Assembly: GCA_963837355.1 (NCBI GenBank)
Contig: CAWIMY010000001.1
Location: 18,714 to 82,713 of the forward strand
Length of the DNA: 64,000 nucleotides
Origin: an uncultured Saprospiraceae bacterium
GTDB taxonomy: Bacteria; Bacteroidota; Bacteroidia; Chitinophagales; Saprospiraceae
Reading direction: 5' to 3'
Below, in pieces: positions 19,698 to 29,686 of the stretch; position 1 is the first letter of the stretch; each line of letters opens with the position of its first letter. Under the pieces are notes generated by a model. It saw nothing but the letters and a program-made list of their open reading frames with translations. It had not been told where the DNA came from and did not search any database. Position numbers and translations under genes: made by a program.

Positions 19698-20009
19698 CTT
19701 GAGTAAAGATGCTGTTTTCAAGTTGAAAGCCGCTAAAAGTATAGAAAAATGCTTGAAAATAGATCTCATTTTTTACAAACCGAGAATTGCTGTGCTATGA
19801 TACAAAATAATTACTTTGTGACTACTTTATGACATCTAAATAGCAATAGCCTTGTTGTAGCGCAGAAAGTTGGTAGAATCGTTTGGAAGAATGCAACTTT
19901 GTAGGTACATTCGCTGTTATGAAGATTAGTTAATATATCGAAGCAAGGCAGTTTGTCTTCCTTAAAATATTCTGCTCACTAACTGCTTTAAACCAAAAAA
20001 AGATCAATA

Positions 20010-20336
20010 ATGGCACTAGAATTCACAGATAACAATTTCGAATCAAAAGTACTTAACTCTGCACAAGTTACTGTCGTCGATTTCTGGGCGCAGTGGTGTG
20101 GCCCTTGCCGCGCTATCGCTCCCATCATCGAAGAGTTAGCCGACGAATATGCTGGTACTGCGCAAGTGGGCAAAGTAGATGTCGATAGCAACCAAGAATT
20201 AGCGATGCAGTACAGCATACGCTCTATTCCTACTATTCTTATTCTAAAAAATGGGGAAGTAGTAGAGAAGCATGTTGGAGCGATCACCAAAAATGCGTTG
20301 CAGTCCAAATTGGATAAGCACATCTCTGTAGCTTAA
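20010..20336 (+). CDS. trxA: thioredoxin
   Basis: WAQWCGPCR active site; 108 aa. Confidence 0.92.
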   Translation: MALEFTDNNFESKVLNSAQVTVVDFWAQWCGPCRAIAPIIEELADEYAGTAQVGKVDVDSNQELAMQYSIRSIPTILILKNGEVVEKHVGAITKNALQSKLDKHISVA

Positions 20337-20393
20337 GCTACTCCATACCGTTGTCGTATTGGTTGGCCAAAACGATGACCTAGAAAAACTAAT

Positions 20394-20427
20394 AAGCGTT
20401 TCGATCTCGTATCGAAGCGCTTTTTTT
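20394..20427 (+). terminator. rho-independent terminator after trxA
   Basis: agcgtttcgat-ctcgt-atcgaagcgct followed by ttttttt. Confidence 0.65.
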
Positions 20428-20596
20428 ATGCTGGCTTTCGCCAAATAAACGACTTGGCATGGGAACCAATCCCCCTTTCATTGATGTTCGTTTTTTGAGG
20501 ACACCCTAAGACTACTTATAAGCACGCACTCCTAACTTATTGCAATACGGAGTGCTGGAAGTCCCTATTTCTCCACCTATTTATGCCAATAAAAAA

Positions 20597-21532
20597 ATGA
20601 ACAACGCTTGTTATTACAGCAGTGTAGTGCTCCTCTTCCTACTTCTTTTTTCTTGTGATTCCCTGCCCAGTGAAGAAGCCTTATCCGAAATGAGTTTGGA
20701 AGAACGATGGGGATATTTAGAAGAAGGGCAAACAGCCGAGGAAGTACACCACTTATTAGGCGCACCCGTCCATACCGTACAGCGCGGTAATATCCGACTC
20801 GATCAATACGACTGTGCCTTATGTTTGACAAAAGTAGGGAAAAACAGTGGTTTGATGGCCTGGAATCCACCCGTGAAGGGATTTGAAGAAGAGGCCGACT
20901 TGTTACACATTGGCGAAGCACCTAGCGACCTACCCACCAGTATCCTAAAAGGCTTGTCTTCTTCCATCTTCTCTACCGCGCCCAATGCGAGCGCTCCTAA
21001 CCTTTCTGAAAATTTAGAAGCGACTTGGGAGGAGTTGTTTGAAGGCATTGAACGATTTAGAGGAGAAGAAGGCCGGGCGTTACGCGAACAGCTCCGCCGA
21101 CACGCCGAAGGGTCTGCTTTAGAATTACAGCGCTTTTTGGAGAAAAATGTAGGGGAGAACCTAGAAGGCTTTCTCCGCTTGCAAGAAGAAATGCTGCGTC
21201 AAGGTTGGGAAGAACATGGCGACGAGGCCGTTCAATTCTTGGAACAATTGACCAAAGAGCTGAAAGATCTTGATTCAAAAAGCAGGGATTCAAGTAGTAC
21301 GAAAGGGCAGAGGGCACCTGAACCAACGGAAACAGCTGCTTTGACGCGCGCCGACCAATGGGCTGCCATCAAACGCGGCATGGAGGTACAACAGGTAATT
21401 GATCTTTTGGGGGAGCCAACTGCCAAGCGCCGCTGGTCAGGAAATTTAGAATACACGTACGAGTGTTTTACCTGTGTTGTTACGTTTAACGAACAGGGGC
21501 AGGTTTGGGCTTGGAATTCACCAGAATTCTAA
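20597..21532 (+). CDS. hypothetical lipoprotein with two BamE/SmpA-like segments
   Basis: ATG 20597 gives MNNACYYSSVVLLFLLLFSCDS (lipobox). The segments EEVHHLLGAP and VQQVIDLLGEPTAKR resemble SmpA_OmlA-type motifs. Confidence 0.5.
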   Translation: MNNACYYSSVVLLFLLLFSCDSLPSEEALSEMSLEERWGYLEEGQTAEEVHHLLGAPVHTVQRGNIRLDQYDCALCLTKVGKNSGLMAWNPPVKGFEEEADLLHIGEAPSDLPTSILKGLSSSIFSTAPNASAPNLSENLEATWEELFEGIERFRGEEGRALREQLRRHAEGSALELQRFLEKNVGENLEGFLRLQEEMLRQGWEEHGDEAVQFLEQLTKELKDLDSKSRDSSSTKGQRAPEPTETAALTRADQWAAIKRGMEVQQVIDLLGEPTAKRRWSGNLEYTYECFTCVVTFNEQGQVWAWNSPEF

Positions 21533-21561
21533 AACCAAAGCCACCATAGCCCACTAAAAAA

Positions 21562-21594
21562 ACAGGGCTTCCAACATTGTTGGAGAAGCCCTGT
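21562..21594. terminator. hairpin between convergent genes (bidirectional terminator candidate)
   Basis: acagggcttc-caacattgttgga-gaagccctgt has a 10-bp stem, with A-run and T-containing flanks. Confidence 0.5.
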
Positions 21595-21619
21595 TACAAA
21601 TTATATCAAATCCTAGTGC

Positions 21620-22935
21620 CTAGTAGCGGTAGTGCTCTGGCTTGTAAGGACCTTGTGGTGTTACACCAATGTAATCCGCTTGATCTTTAGACAAGGTCTC
21701 TAGTTCAACGCCGATTTTTGCTAAGTGCAAACGGGCAACTTCTTCATCCAAGTGCTTAGGCAACATGTACACTTTGTTTTCGTACTTGTCATTGTCGCGG
21801 TTCTGCCAGATCTCCAATTGAGCCAACGTTTGGTTCGTAAAAGAGTTAGACATTACAAAAGAAGGGTGACCAGTAGCACAACCCAAGTTAACCAAACGAC
21901 CTTCTGCCAAAACGATAATGTCGTTGCCGTCAATGTTGTACAAGTCTACTTGAGGCTTGATTTCTATTTTAGAAGCACCGTGCTCGCCATTCAACCAGCT
22001 CATATCGATTTCGTTATCGAAGTGACCGATGTTACAAACGATTGTTTTATCCTTCATTAATTTGAAGTGCTCCGCAGTAATGATGTCTTTGTTACCAGTA
22101 GCCGTCACTACGATTTGCGCTCTAGAAACAGCTTTGCTCATTGGCTGCACTTCAAAACCGTCCATAGCCGCTTGTAGCGCACAGATAGGATCAATTTCAG
22201 TAACAATAACGCGAGCGCCAGCACCTTTCAAAGAAGCCGCAGAACCTTTACCAACATCACCATAACCAGCAACAACAGCTACTTTACCAGCCATCATAGT
22301 ATCTGTAGCACGACGAATTGCATCTACTAGAGATTCTTTACAACCGTACTTGTTGTCAAATTTAGACTTAGTGACGGAGTCATTTACGTTGATAGCGGGC
22401 ATGTTTAACGTGCCGTTTTTCATACGCTCATACAAACGGTGTACGCCTGTCGTAGTTTCTTCAGAAAGACCAAAAACGCCTTTCGCGATTTCAGGATAGT
22501 TGTCAATAACCATGTTGGTCAAATCACCACCGTCATCCAAAATCATATTCAATGGCTTACCATCTTTAAAAGCAAAGATAGTTTGCTCGATACACCAGTC
22601 AAATTCTTCGTCGTTCATGCCTTTCCAAGCAAAAACGGGAACACCAGCTTCAGCGATAGCAGCAGCAGCGTGGTCTTGCGTAGAGAAAATGTTGCAAGAA
22701 GACCAAGTTACATCAGCACCTAAATCCACTAGGGTTTCAATCAAAACTGCTGTTTGGATGGTCATGTGCAAACAACCAGCAATGCGAGCGCCTGCTAAAG
22801 GTTTTTCTGCACCATATTTTTCGCGCAAGGACATTAAGCAGGCATTTCCGCCTCGGCCAATTCGATTTCTTTGCGTCCCCAAGCAGCTAGGGCAATGTCT
22901 TTAACTTTGTACTGCACTTTGTTCGTCGTCTCCAT
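21620..22935 (-). CDS. ahcY: adenosylhomocysteinase, apparent 1-nt deletion near the 5' end
   Basis: ORF 21620..22882 is unmistakably AhcY. The true N-terminus [32 protein letters not shown] starts at 22935 in another frame. The frames join if cctgctta (~22838..22842 region) is read as cctgGctta ([11 protein letters not shown]). Confidence 0.9.
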
Positions 22936-23434
22936 GAGATATTACGTCTTTTTATTGAATTAAAATCAGCGCTTAGAAGGCGCTATAACTGGCCTTTACG
23001 ATCTTAAAACCAATCGCTTCGCCTTGAAAACTAGGGCAAAGGTAAGCTATTTGCAGGACAAATAAGAATAGGAAAGCTTTTCTTGTACTTTTTTTAACAG
23101 TGTACTATATAGATAGAGGAATAGAGATCGTAAAGGAGCCGCTGTCAATAACTCGCTGGGCTGTTATAGAGAATAAGACTTCTAGTTTAAAGTAGATACA
23201 CTATAAGAAACAGTCTAGTGCTTCCTTGTGGTGTAAGGGACATTTTTTGTATCTTACCTTCAACTTATTTTGTATCTTACGTTCATCTTTATTTAAACAA
23301 ATAGACGTATTACAAAAAAGGAAGCATAGGTACCTGAAGTTGTCATTAGAACAGACATGGATGAAGTTAGATTAATGCCCGTCACCTGTTCCGCCTTCAT
23401 TAACTACTTAATAACTCAAGTAATAACTAAAAAC

Positions 23435-23650
23435 ATGATAAATACAGAAACGATCAAGCTCTACCAGCAGATGGAAGACATGGAGCAAACAAAAGAAATT
23501 ATCCAACTGAAAAATCAGATCAAAGAGACGTTATATCAAAATTTGAGAATGCACTTCCTAGAATTAACGAGCATCGGACGCGTTATAGGCTACGACGCAC
23601 TCCAAGAAGAATTACAAAAAGCCATTGAACTGTTAGAACTTCAAAAGTAA
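23435..23650 (+). CDS. small hypothetical protein
   Basis: 71-aa helical ORF from ATG 23435. No homology was recognised, so support is weak. Confidence 0.3.
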   Translation: MINTETIKLYQQMEDMEQTKEIIQLKNQIKETLYQNLRMHFLELTSIGRVIGYDALQEELQKAIELLELQK

Positions 23651-23685
23651 GCAAGGCTATTAACTCTGCGAACAAAGAAGCCACA

Positions 23686-24681
23686 TCACTCCAAATCCTG
23701 CGCCTCCAAAAAATGCTTCTGATTCAACAACACATTCTCCACCGTCCAGTCCACCTCCTGCTGCCAAGGCTGCTGCCGAACAGGACAATCCACCATACTA
23801 CAAATTGCACAAGAAGCAGGCACACAAGGATCTACATGAACAAAAAACTCAATCGGCTTTTCCGTATGGCTCGCCAAAAGCTCCTCCAAGGCATCCACCT
23901 CATCGTGGGCTTGGCGCGTATCGTAATACCAAGGAATAGTCATGTGACAATCGACATGTAGCGCGGTGCCATATTTGATAACGCGGAGATTGTGAATATC
24001 AATACAAGAAGGGCGGCGGTACGATTTTAGAACCGCTACAATTTGCTCGACCAAGGGATAATCCACCTCATCCATAATACCCGCTAGAGAATCTCGAAGG
24101 ACTTCAATACCCGCGCGTACGATTATTAACCCAAAGATCAACGCCAACGCAGGGTCCAACCACCACCAATCCGTCAACCACAACAAACCCAAGCCCAAAA
24201 GTAACCCCACAGTAGAATAACCATCCGATTTAAGGTGTGCCCCACTGGCTTTGAGCACCATAGAACCCGTTTCGGCCCCCCTGTTGGCCACATACCATCC
24301 CAAGCCATAATTAATAGCGCCTGCGACTGCCGTTAATAAAATACCCAAATCCAAGGCAGTGACGGTAACGGGCGTAAAAAAACTATGCAAGGATTTTACT
24401 AGAATAACCACCCCTGCAACCGCAATTAAACTCCCCTCCACGGCAGCGGAAATAAACTCAATCTTACCATGGCCATAGGGATGGTTCTCATCCTTAGGCC
24501 GCGCCGCAACCGACAAACTCACCAATCCAAAAACCCCTGCCACTACATTAACAATACTTTCCAAGGCATCCGTTAGAATGGCATTGGACTGGGTGACGTA
24601 GTAAGCAAAGAATTTTACCACCAAGAGTAAAATGCCTACCAGAAGGGTTAAGCGTTGGGTAGCCAGAAGGGTTTTGTTCAT
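23686..24681 (-). CDS. cation diffusion facilitator (CDF) family metal efflux transporter
   Basis: Six TM segments with ILTDALESIVN and HPYGHGKIEF motifs, plus a cytoplasmic C-terminal domain. Confidence 0.85.
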   Translation of the reverse strand: MNKTLLATQRLTLLVGILLLVVKFFAYYVTQSNAILTDALESIVNVVAGVFGLVSLSVAARPKDENHPYGHGKIEFISAAVEGSLIAVAGVVILVKSLHSFFTPVTVTALDLGILLTAVAGAINYGLGWYVANRGAETGSMVLKASGAHLKSDGYSTVGLLLGLGLLWLTDWWWLDPALALIFGLIIVRAGIEVLRDSLAGIMDEVDYPLVEQIVAVLKSYRRPSCIDIHNLRVIKYGTALHVDCHMTIPWYYDTRQAHDEVDALEELLASHTEKPIEFFVHVDPCVPASCAICSMVDCPVRQQPWQQEVDWTVENVLLNQKHFLEAQDLE

Positions 24682-24850
24682 AACAAGAGAATTCTCGAAA
24701 AAACTAAAGTTTACTTAAACAAAGCGAGTAGGTAAAAAAATGTACTTTTGTGGTCTACTTTTGGAGGGGGCAAGGTACAATAAGGAAGTTTTTTATACAA
24801 CTTCCGAAACGCCTCTCTACTAATTTCCTTCACCAATTCTTTCGGCGCAC

Positions 24851-26092
24851 ATGTTTGATTTAGACAAATGGCAAGAAATTATCCTTTCTTTGAGCAAGCA
24901 CAAATTGCGAACCAGCTTAACCGCTTTTGGCGTGTTCTGGGGAATATTTATGTTGGTGCTGCTCTTAGGCGCAGGAAATGGCCTGCAAAATGGCGCAGAG
25001 TATGAGTTTAGAGACGATGCGACCAACAGCCTTTGGATTTACCCCCGCCGTACCTCCATGGCGCATTTGGGCTTGTCCAAAAATAGAGAAGTGAAATTCG
25101 AAAATGTCGATTACGAGTTGCTAAAGCAATTAGACGGCACCGAGTACATCACAGGACGATTCTATATGTTGCCCGATTTAGAAAAAATGGTGTATGACAA
25201 TAAGCGGTACAACTTTAGCGTGCGCAGCGTCCACCCCGACCACCAAGTACTAGAAAATACCAACATAGAGGAGGGGCGTTACATCAATCAGCGCGATATA
25301 GAGCGTTATCGAAAAGTAGCCGTTATTGGAGAACTAGTTAAAGAAGAAGTATTTCCCAATGCGAATCCCATTGGTAAGTACATCCAAATTGGCGGCATTA
25401 GTTTTCAGATTGTAGGGGTGTTTAGCGATACAGGAGGCGAAGACGAAATGCGTATGATTTACTTGCCGATTACGACCGCACAACGCAGTTTTTCCACCCG
25501 TCCCAGCATCAACCAAATCATGTTGACAACAGGCGATGCCAGCCTAGAAGAAGTGATGGCCTTGGAAAAAACCGTCGTTCGGAAGTTGGCGGAGCGACAC
25601 CGCTTTAATCCCGAGGACAAACAGGCCATCCGTGTGCGCAACCGTGTAGAGCATTTTCAATCTATTATGAACCTCTTCAACATGATTAGTTTGTTCATTT
25701 GGATAGTAGGTGTGGGGTCGATCATTGCAGGGGTGATCGGCGTAAGCAACATTATGTTGATTGTGGTCAAAGACCGCACAAAAGAAATCGGTATTCGCAA
25801 AGCCTTGGGCGCGTCGCCGGCCTCTGTGGTGTCGATGATTATCCAAGAAGCTGTCCTAATTACTTCGGTAGCGGGTTATTTGGGAATGGCCATTGGGATT
25901 GCCTTGATCCACGGCATTAATGTGTTTATGAAAAGTTACGAAGTAGATGGGGGCTTTTTTAGAGACCCACAAGTGGATGTGGGAATGGTACTTACCGCAA
26001 CGATAGTGGTAGTAATAGCGGGCGCAGTGGCAGGCTTAATTCCTGCTTTAAAAGCCGCAAAAATCAGTCCCGTGGAAGCCATGAGGGAGTAA
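24851..26092 (+). CDS. ABC transporter permease (MacB-like periplasmic domain + FtsX)
   Basis: The pattern is one TM segment, a large extracytoplasmic domain, then three TM segments. KDRTKEIGIRKALGA is the FtsX-family signature. Confidence 0.8.
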   Translation: MFDLDKWQEIILSLSKHKLRTSLTAFGVFWGIFMLVLLLGAGNGLQNGAEYEFRDDATNSLWIYPRRTSMAHLGLSKNREVKFENVDYELLKQLDGTEYITGRFYMLPDLEKMVYDNKRYNFSVRSVHPDHQVLENTNIEEGRYINQRDIERYRKVAVIGELVKEEVFPNANPIGKYIQIGGISFQIVGVFSDTGGEDEMRMIYLPITTAQRSFSTRPSINQIMLTTGDASLEEVMALEKTVVRKLAERHRFNPEDKQAIRVRNRVEHFQSIMNLFNMISLFIWIVGVGSIIAGVIGVSNIMLIVVKDRTKEIGIRKALGASPASVVSMIIQEAVLITSVAGYLGMAIGIALIHGINVFMKSYEVDGGFFRDPQVDVGMVLTATIVVVIAGAVAGLIPALKAAKISPVEAMRE

Positions 26093-26684
26093 CCACGTCG
26101 ACCAGTGCTTGTTTTTTAGCCTCATTTTGTACTTGTCGAAGCAATTCTAAGACGGCCAAGCCATTGGGCACTTGGTATAAAACAGGTGTTTTATACACTT
26201 GCCCTTTTTCTGTTTTGCTTTTGCGAAAGCTACACCGCAACGTCATTGGCTCGCTGCTGTTGTCTCTAATAAAATCAGGCAACGCTGCCAAAGGATACAT
26301 CCGCATTTGATTTCTAAATTCACTATACAAATACAAGGACTGGGCATCAAAGGCATAGTAGCTGCTTCGGTTGCTCTTAGTCAAGGCAATAACGCCTAAA
26401 ATCATCAAGAGCATCCAGAGGATAAGCCCCACACTTCCCACAGTAATTAAAATTCGTAAAAACCCACTGCCAATGCCTACCGCCAAGCCGTAAAGACTTC
26501 CACTAATGACCAATACCGCCAATAGTACCAACACCCCCATTCTAGCATAATAAACTCGCCCCAACGCTGGCCTGCCTGCCCATAAAATAGGGAGAGAGGA
26601 AGGGAGGTGTTCGCGATAAAACTGGGTAGCAATCGCATCCGATAAAAGTGGGGTACGGGGAGCATCATCCAAGGGTGTATTCAT
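26064..26684 (-). CDS. membrane PH-domain-like protein, paralogue 1 of 5
   Basis: ILWAGRPALG motif, two TM helices, then YYAFDAQSLYLY. Same architecture as the four upstream genes. Confidence 0.6.
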   Translation of the reverse strand: MNTPLDDAPRTPLLSDAIATQFYREHLPSSLPILWAGRPALGRVYYARMGVLVLLAVLVISGSLYGLAVGIGSGFLRILITVGSVGLILWMLLMILGVIALTKSNRSSYYAFDAQSLYLYSEFRNQMRMYPLAALPDFIRDNSSEPMTLRCSFRKSKTEKGQVYKTPVLYQVPNGLAVLELLRQVQNEAKKQALVDVVTPSWLPRD

Positions 26685-26714
26685 GGCAAAGGTTATTTTT
26701 TATAAGATAAGAAC

Positions 26715-27413
26715 CTACCGCGCACCAACGTCGCCTAAGTCTTCTGTGGTATCCGTTGCTCGAAACTGGGCTTGCTGCTCGGCTGTTTGAGCAGCTTCTT
26801 CCGCTTTCCACGCCTCCGCTTGCAAATCACTCAGTTGCTCGTAGATGGCTTTTCCCTTTTCGATGAACTCCAAAAGCGGTAAATCAATCAATTGGGTTTC
26901 GCCCGAGCCCTCATCGGGCACTTCTATACTGTGGGTAATGCTGACGGTGGCATCGCTGTGTGTTTTTTGTTTTAAGTGAGCCAATTGAGTGAGGGCGTAG
27001 CCTTTGTAGGGCTGCTTGCGGCGGGCAGGGTTGTACACCAATAAATAATTGGCGGTGATGCCATAACGCGTTCGTGCATCGTAGATTAAGCGACTAAAAA
27101 GCAACAAATAACTCGCCAACCAGGGTAGGAGCGAAGCGCCAAAAGCAATTAGGACACGCGCATATTTGCCCGCATATTCTCCTTCAAAATAGCCCACATA
27201 GGCTTGTCGCCACAAAAAACTAGTGATAACAAGACAAACGACACTCGCTACGGCTGCCAATACCCCTTTAGACCACCAATAAGACAAGCCGCGCTGCATC
27301 TTACCCGTCCACAACAGCTCCTCCTCTTCGGGCAGCAAGCTCAAAAAGTCCCGTCGTACTTTCTTTTCCTGAAAGTCAGGTTCAAAGCGGTAATCGTCTA
27401 GAGGCATTTCCAT
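26715..27413 (-). CDS. membrane PH-domain-like protein, paralogue 2 of 5
   Basis: ATG 27413 (MEMPLDDYRFEP) was chosen. LLWTGKMQRG motif, two TM helices, RTRYGITANYLLVYNP. Confidence 0.6.
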   Translation of the reverse strand: MEMPLDDYRFEPDFQEKKVRRDFLSLLPEEEELLWTGKMQRGLSYWWSKGVLAAVASVVCLVITSFLWRQAYVGYFEGEYAGKYARVLIAFGASLLPWLASYLLLFSRLIYDARTRYGITANYLLVYNPARRKQPYKGYALTQLAHLKQKTHSDATVSITHSIEVPDEGSGETQLIDLPLLEFIEKGKAIYEQLSDLQAEAWKAEEAAQTAEQQAQFRATDTTEDLGDVGAR

Positions 27414-27535
27414 AAGGGCAGTAGGCGTAGTTGGCGAATAGAAAGAGGAACAGCTAAAATAAGAAATTCTAGTCAGATCATTCGGGTATACTGCTCTTCT
27501 AGTTAGGAGAAATCGTCTAATAGATTCATAGCGGC

Positions 27536-28141
27536 TTAGCCTATTTGTTCTTTTTGCGCTTCCGCTAAAATACTCAACAACCGCTCGGCACCAGGAACCC
27601 ATTCTAAGGTAATACCTTTTGAAAACGTTTGTTGAGTGCCTGGAAGTTGGTGCAGGGGATATTTGAAATTTAAATGCCCAACGTCGTCCTTCTGCAATTC
27701 TACACGCGCTTGTAACACTTGATGCAGGGGAATGCGCTGGCTTAGATCAGGGCGCTGGATCAATAAGGCCGTAGCCGTTACGCCAATATAGGTTTTCTTA
27801 CGTTGATAGGCTTGCATTAGATACTGTCCTACAGCCGTGTATAAACCTAGCCCTAGGAACAGTAAAGATAGCGGAACAGTAATCCAGAAATCCAGCGATA
27901 CGCTGCCACCCATCAAAATAAGGGACAACCAAGACCACAACACAGAAATAGGAAGCAACATAAGGACAAATCCCATGAGCAGCATTTCGCCACTCCACAT
28001 CTGTCGAAAAATCCCCTGTTTTGGCTGACTTGCCCACAAGAGCGCTTCCCCTTGTTCCAACAGGGGCGACAAGGCTGTTTGAGTACTAACAGGATTAATT
28101 TCCCGTACCGCTTCAAAGTCGTCTAAGATCAATTGGCTCAT
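27536..28141 (-). CDS. membrane PH-domain-like protein, paralogue 3 of 5
   Basis: MSQLILDDF start. LLWASQPKQG motif, two TM helices, KKTYIGVTATALLIQRP. Confidence 0.65.
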   Translation of the reverse strand: MSQLILDDFEAVREINPVSTQTALSPLLEQGEALLWASQPKQGIFRQMWSGEMLLMGFVLMLLPISVLWSWLSLILMGGSVSLDFWITVPLSLLFLGLGLYTAVGQYLMQAYQRKKTYIGVTATALLIQRPDLSQRIPLHQVLQARVELQKDDVGHLNFKYPLHQLPGTQQTFSKGITLEWVPGAERLLSILAEAQKEQIG

Positions 28142-28746
28142 AAAGTCTCCAAATTAGCGGCTCGGGTGCGCTGAATTAAGGTATGAATTTGCGGGGCATC
28201 GGGAACCCATTCTAGAGTCATGTTGTATTCTTTGGTGCTGCGGGGTAGTTTTAAGAGGTAAGTCAGATGCAAGTGGCCTCGATGCTCGCCTTTTTTCTCC
28301 AACTCTATTTGCTGTAAATCCTTTAGAGGAATCGCCAGCGTTGTTTCAGGATTTTGAAATAAAAAACTCTTGGTGCTTACGCCGATATAGCTACGGCTGC
28401 GGTACCACCTTTTGGAGAGCTGTGCCCCAATGGCCATATAATAGCCCCAAAAAATTAGACCGACGAAAATAGAAACCATAAAGGTGGTATTTACTGGCAT
28501 AGGATTGGAAACATCCACCCATGTTTTTTGAACAAGCGTAACTAAAGAGTAGAGGCCATAGAAAAACATGATCGATCCTGTTACCATTGCCGACCAATGG
28601 AGATCTTCTCGCACTAGCCCTTGTTCGGGGCGACTTGCCCACAACAATTCATCATCCCCTTGCAAGAGGTACTGCAAGCGTTCTTTGGCAATAGAGGGCT
28701 GAATTTCTTTCAACCCATAAAAATCATCTAAAATTAAATCATTCAT
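28138..28746 (-). CDS. membrane PH-domain-like protein, paralogue 4 of 5
   Basis: ATG 28746 (MNDLILDDF). LLWASRPEQG motif, two TM helices, SRSYIGVSTKSFLFQNP. Its stop overlaps the start of paralogue 3 by 4 nt. Confidence 0.65.
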   Translation of the reverse strand: MNDLILDDFYGLKEIQPSIAKERLQYLLQGDDELLWASRPEQGLVREDLHWSAMVTGSIMFFYGLYSLVTLVQKTWVDVSNPMPVNTTFMVSIFVGLIFWGYYMAIGAQLSKRWYRSRSYIGVSTKSFLFQNPETTLAIPLKDLQQIELEKKGEHRGHLHLTYLLKLPRSTKEYNMTLEWVPDAPQIHTLIQRTRAANLETL

Positions 28747-28882
28747 AAGTGAAGATGGTTGGGTTAATAGGGATAGTATCAATTAGGATAATGGTTATAC
28801 CTCCGCAATAGAAATAAGCAACCAAACAACGCCTTTTTCAGGGCGAAGATATCGTTCTAACAGGAAAAGAGAGAAAGGCGGC

Positions 28883-29491
28883 TTAGCGTCCCATATCAAT
28901 AGAGATATTGCGTTGGGCTTTTTTGTATTGACGAATAAGGCGGTAGGCCTCATCAGCATCTTTGACAGCATCCAACACATTCGTACTAGCAGGCACCATT
29001 GGCAATTGCTTTTTTTTGCTACCAATCGTCCCCATTTCAAAAGATACACTACCTCGATAATTGTTACCCTCTTGTAGATCAATGCTGCGTACGTCCTGTA
29101 AGGCTACGTGTTGCACTTTTTTCGGGCGTTTAATGATTAATTCCTTGTCCGTGAGGCCGTAAAAGGTACGAGCACGATACCAGCGGTCATGAAAAAAACG
29201 GCCAATGATCATATATAGCCCAACAGCTACAAAAGGGAGTCCCCAGAGTTGGAACAACAGCCCTGCATCCATATAAATAACGCCGAGCTCCCAAAAAATG
29301 GCAAAACCTCCCCATAACAAACTGAAGGGAATCAATACCAGATCCGCTTTCCGCAAACGAAACCCCTGTTCGGGGCGGCCCGTCCAAATCAAATCGTTGC
29401 CGTTGTTGCTGTATTCCCGCAGCGCCTCAAAAGCCGTATCATCTTGGTGCCCATTCAAGGCGGAAAAATCGTCGAGTAAGTTGTTCGGCAT
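28883..29491 (-). CDS. membrane PH-domain-like protein, paralogue 5 of 5
   Basis: ATG 29491 (MPNNLLDDF). LIWTGRPEQG motif, two TM helices, ARTFYGLTDKELIIKRP. Confidence 0.65.
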   Translation of the reverse strand: MPNNLLDDFSALNGHQDDTAFEALREYSNNGNDLIWTGRPEQGFRLRKADLVLIPFSLLWGGFAIFWELGVIYMDAGLLFQLWGLPFVAVGLYMIIGRFFHDRWYRARTFYGLTDKELIIKRPKKVQHVALQDVRSIDLQEGNNYRGSVSFEMGTIGSKKKQLPMVPASTNVLDAVKDADEAYRLIRQYKKAQRNISIDMGR

Positions 29492-29686
29492 GGGTAATAG
29501 AATTAGTAGGGTATTAATAAAAGGTTTATATAAGATAGGGATAAAAAAGAACTTGTACAATTTTTCCATCGAAAAAAGTATGTTCCAAAAGAACCAAGTA
29601 CCGTTTTAGGCGAGTGCTGTTTCTACAACTTCCTTGCAGGGGCATTTTGTTCCTTAGCGACAATTTATTTTAGAAAAATAGGAAGA

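Noticed and set aside
22936-23100. SAH riboswitch upstream of ahcY, and a preQ1 riboswitch upstream of queD (45240..45458)
   Set aside because: Only a short generic hairpin (agcgc-cttctaa-gcgct) is present upstream of ahcY. Nothing resembles the conserved cores of either riboswitch class as I remember them.
27414-27602. Long N-terminal extensions of several track ORFs (26715..27602, 28138..28782, 28883..29569, 38005..39432, 20540.., 39537.., 51402..)
   Set aside because: Internal ATGs give N-termini that match the paralogues (M..L(I/L)DDF) or proper signal peptides/lipoboxes. They also remove overlaps with upstream genes, so the extensions look non-coding.
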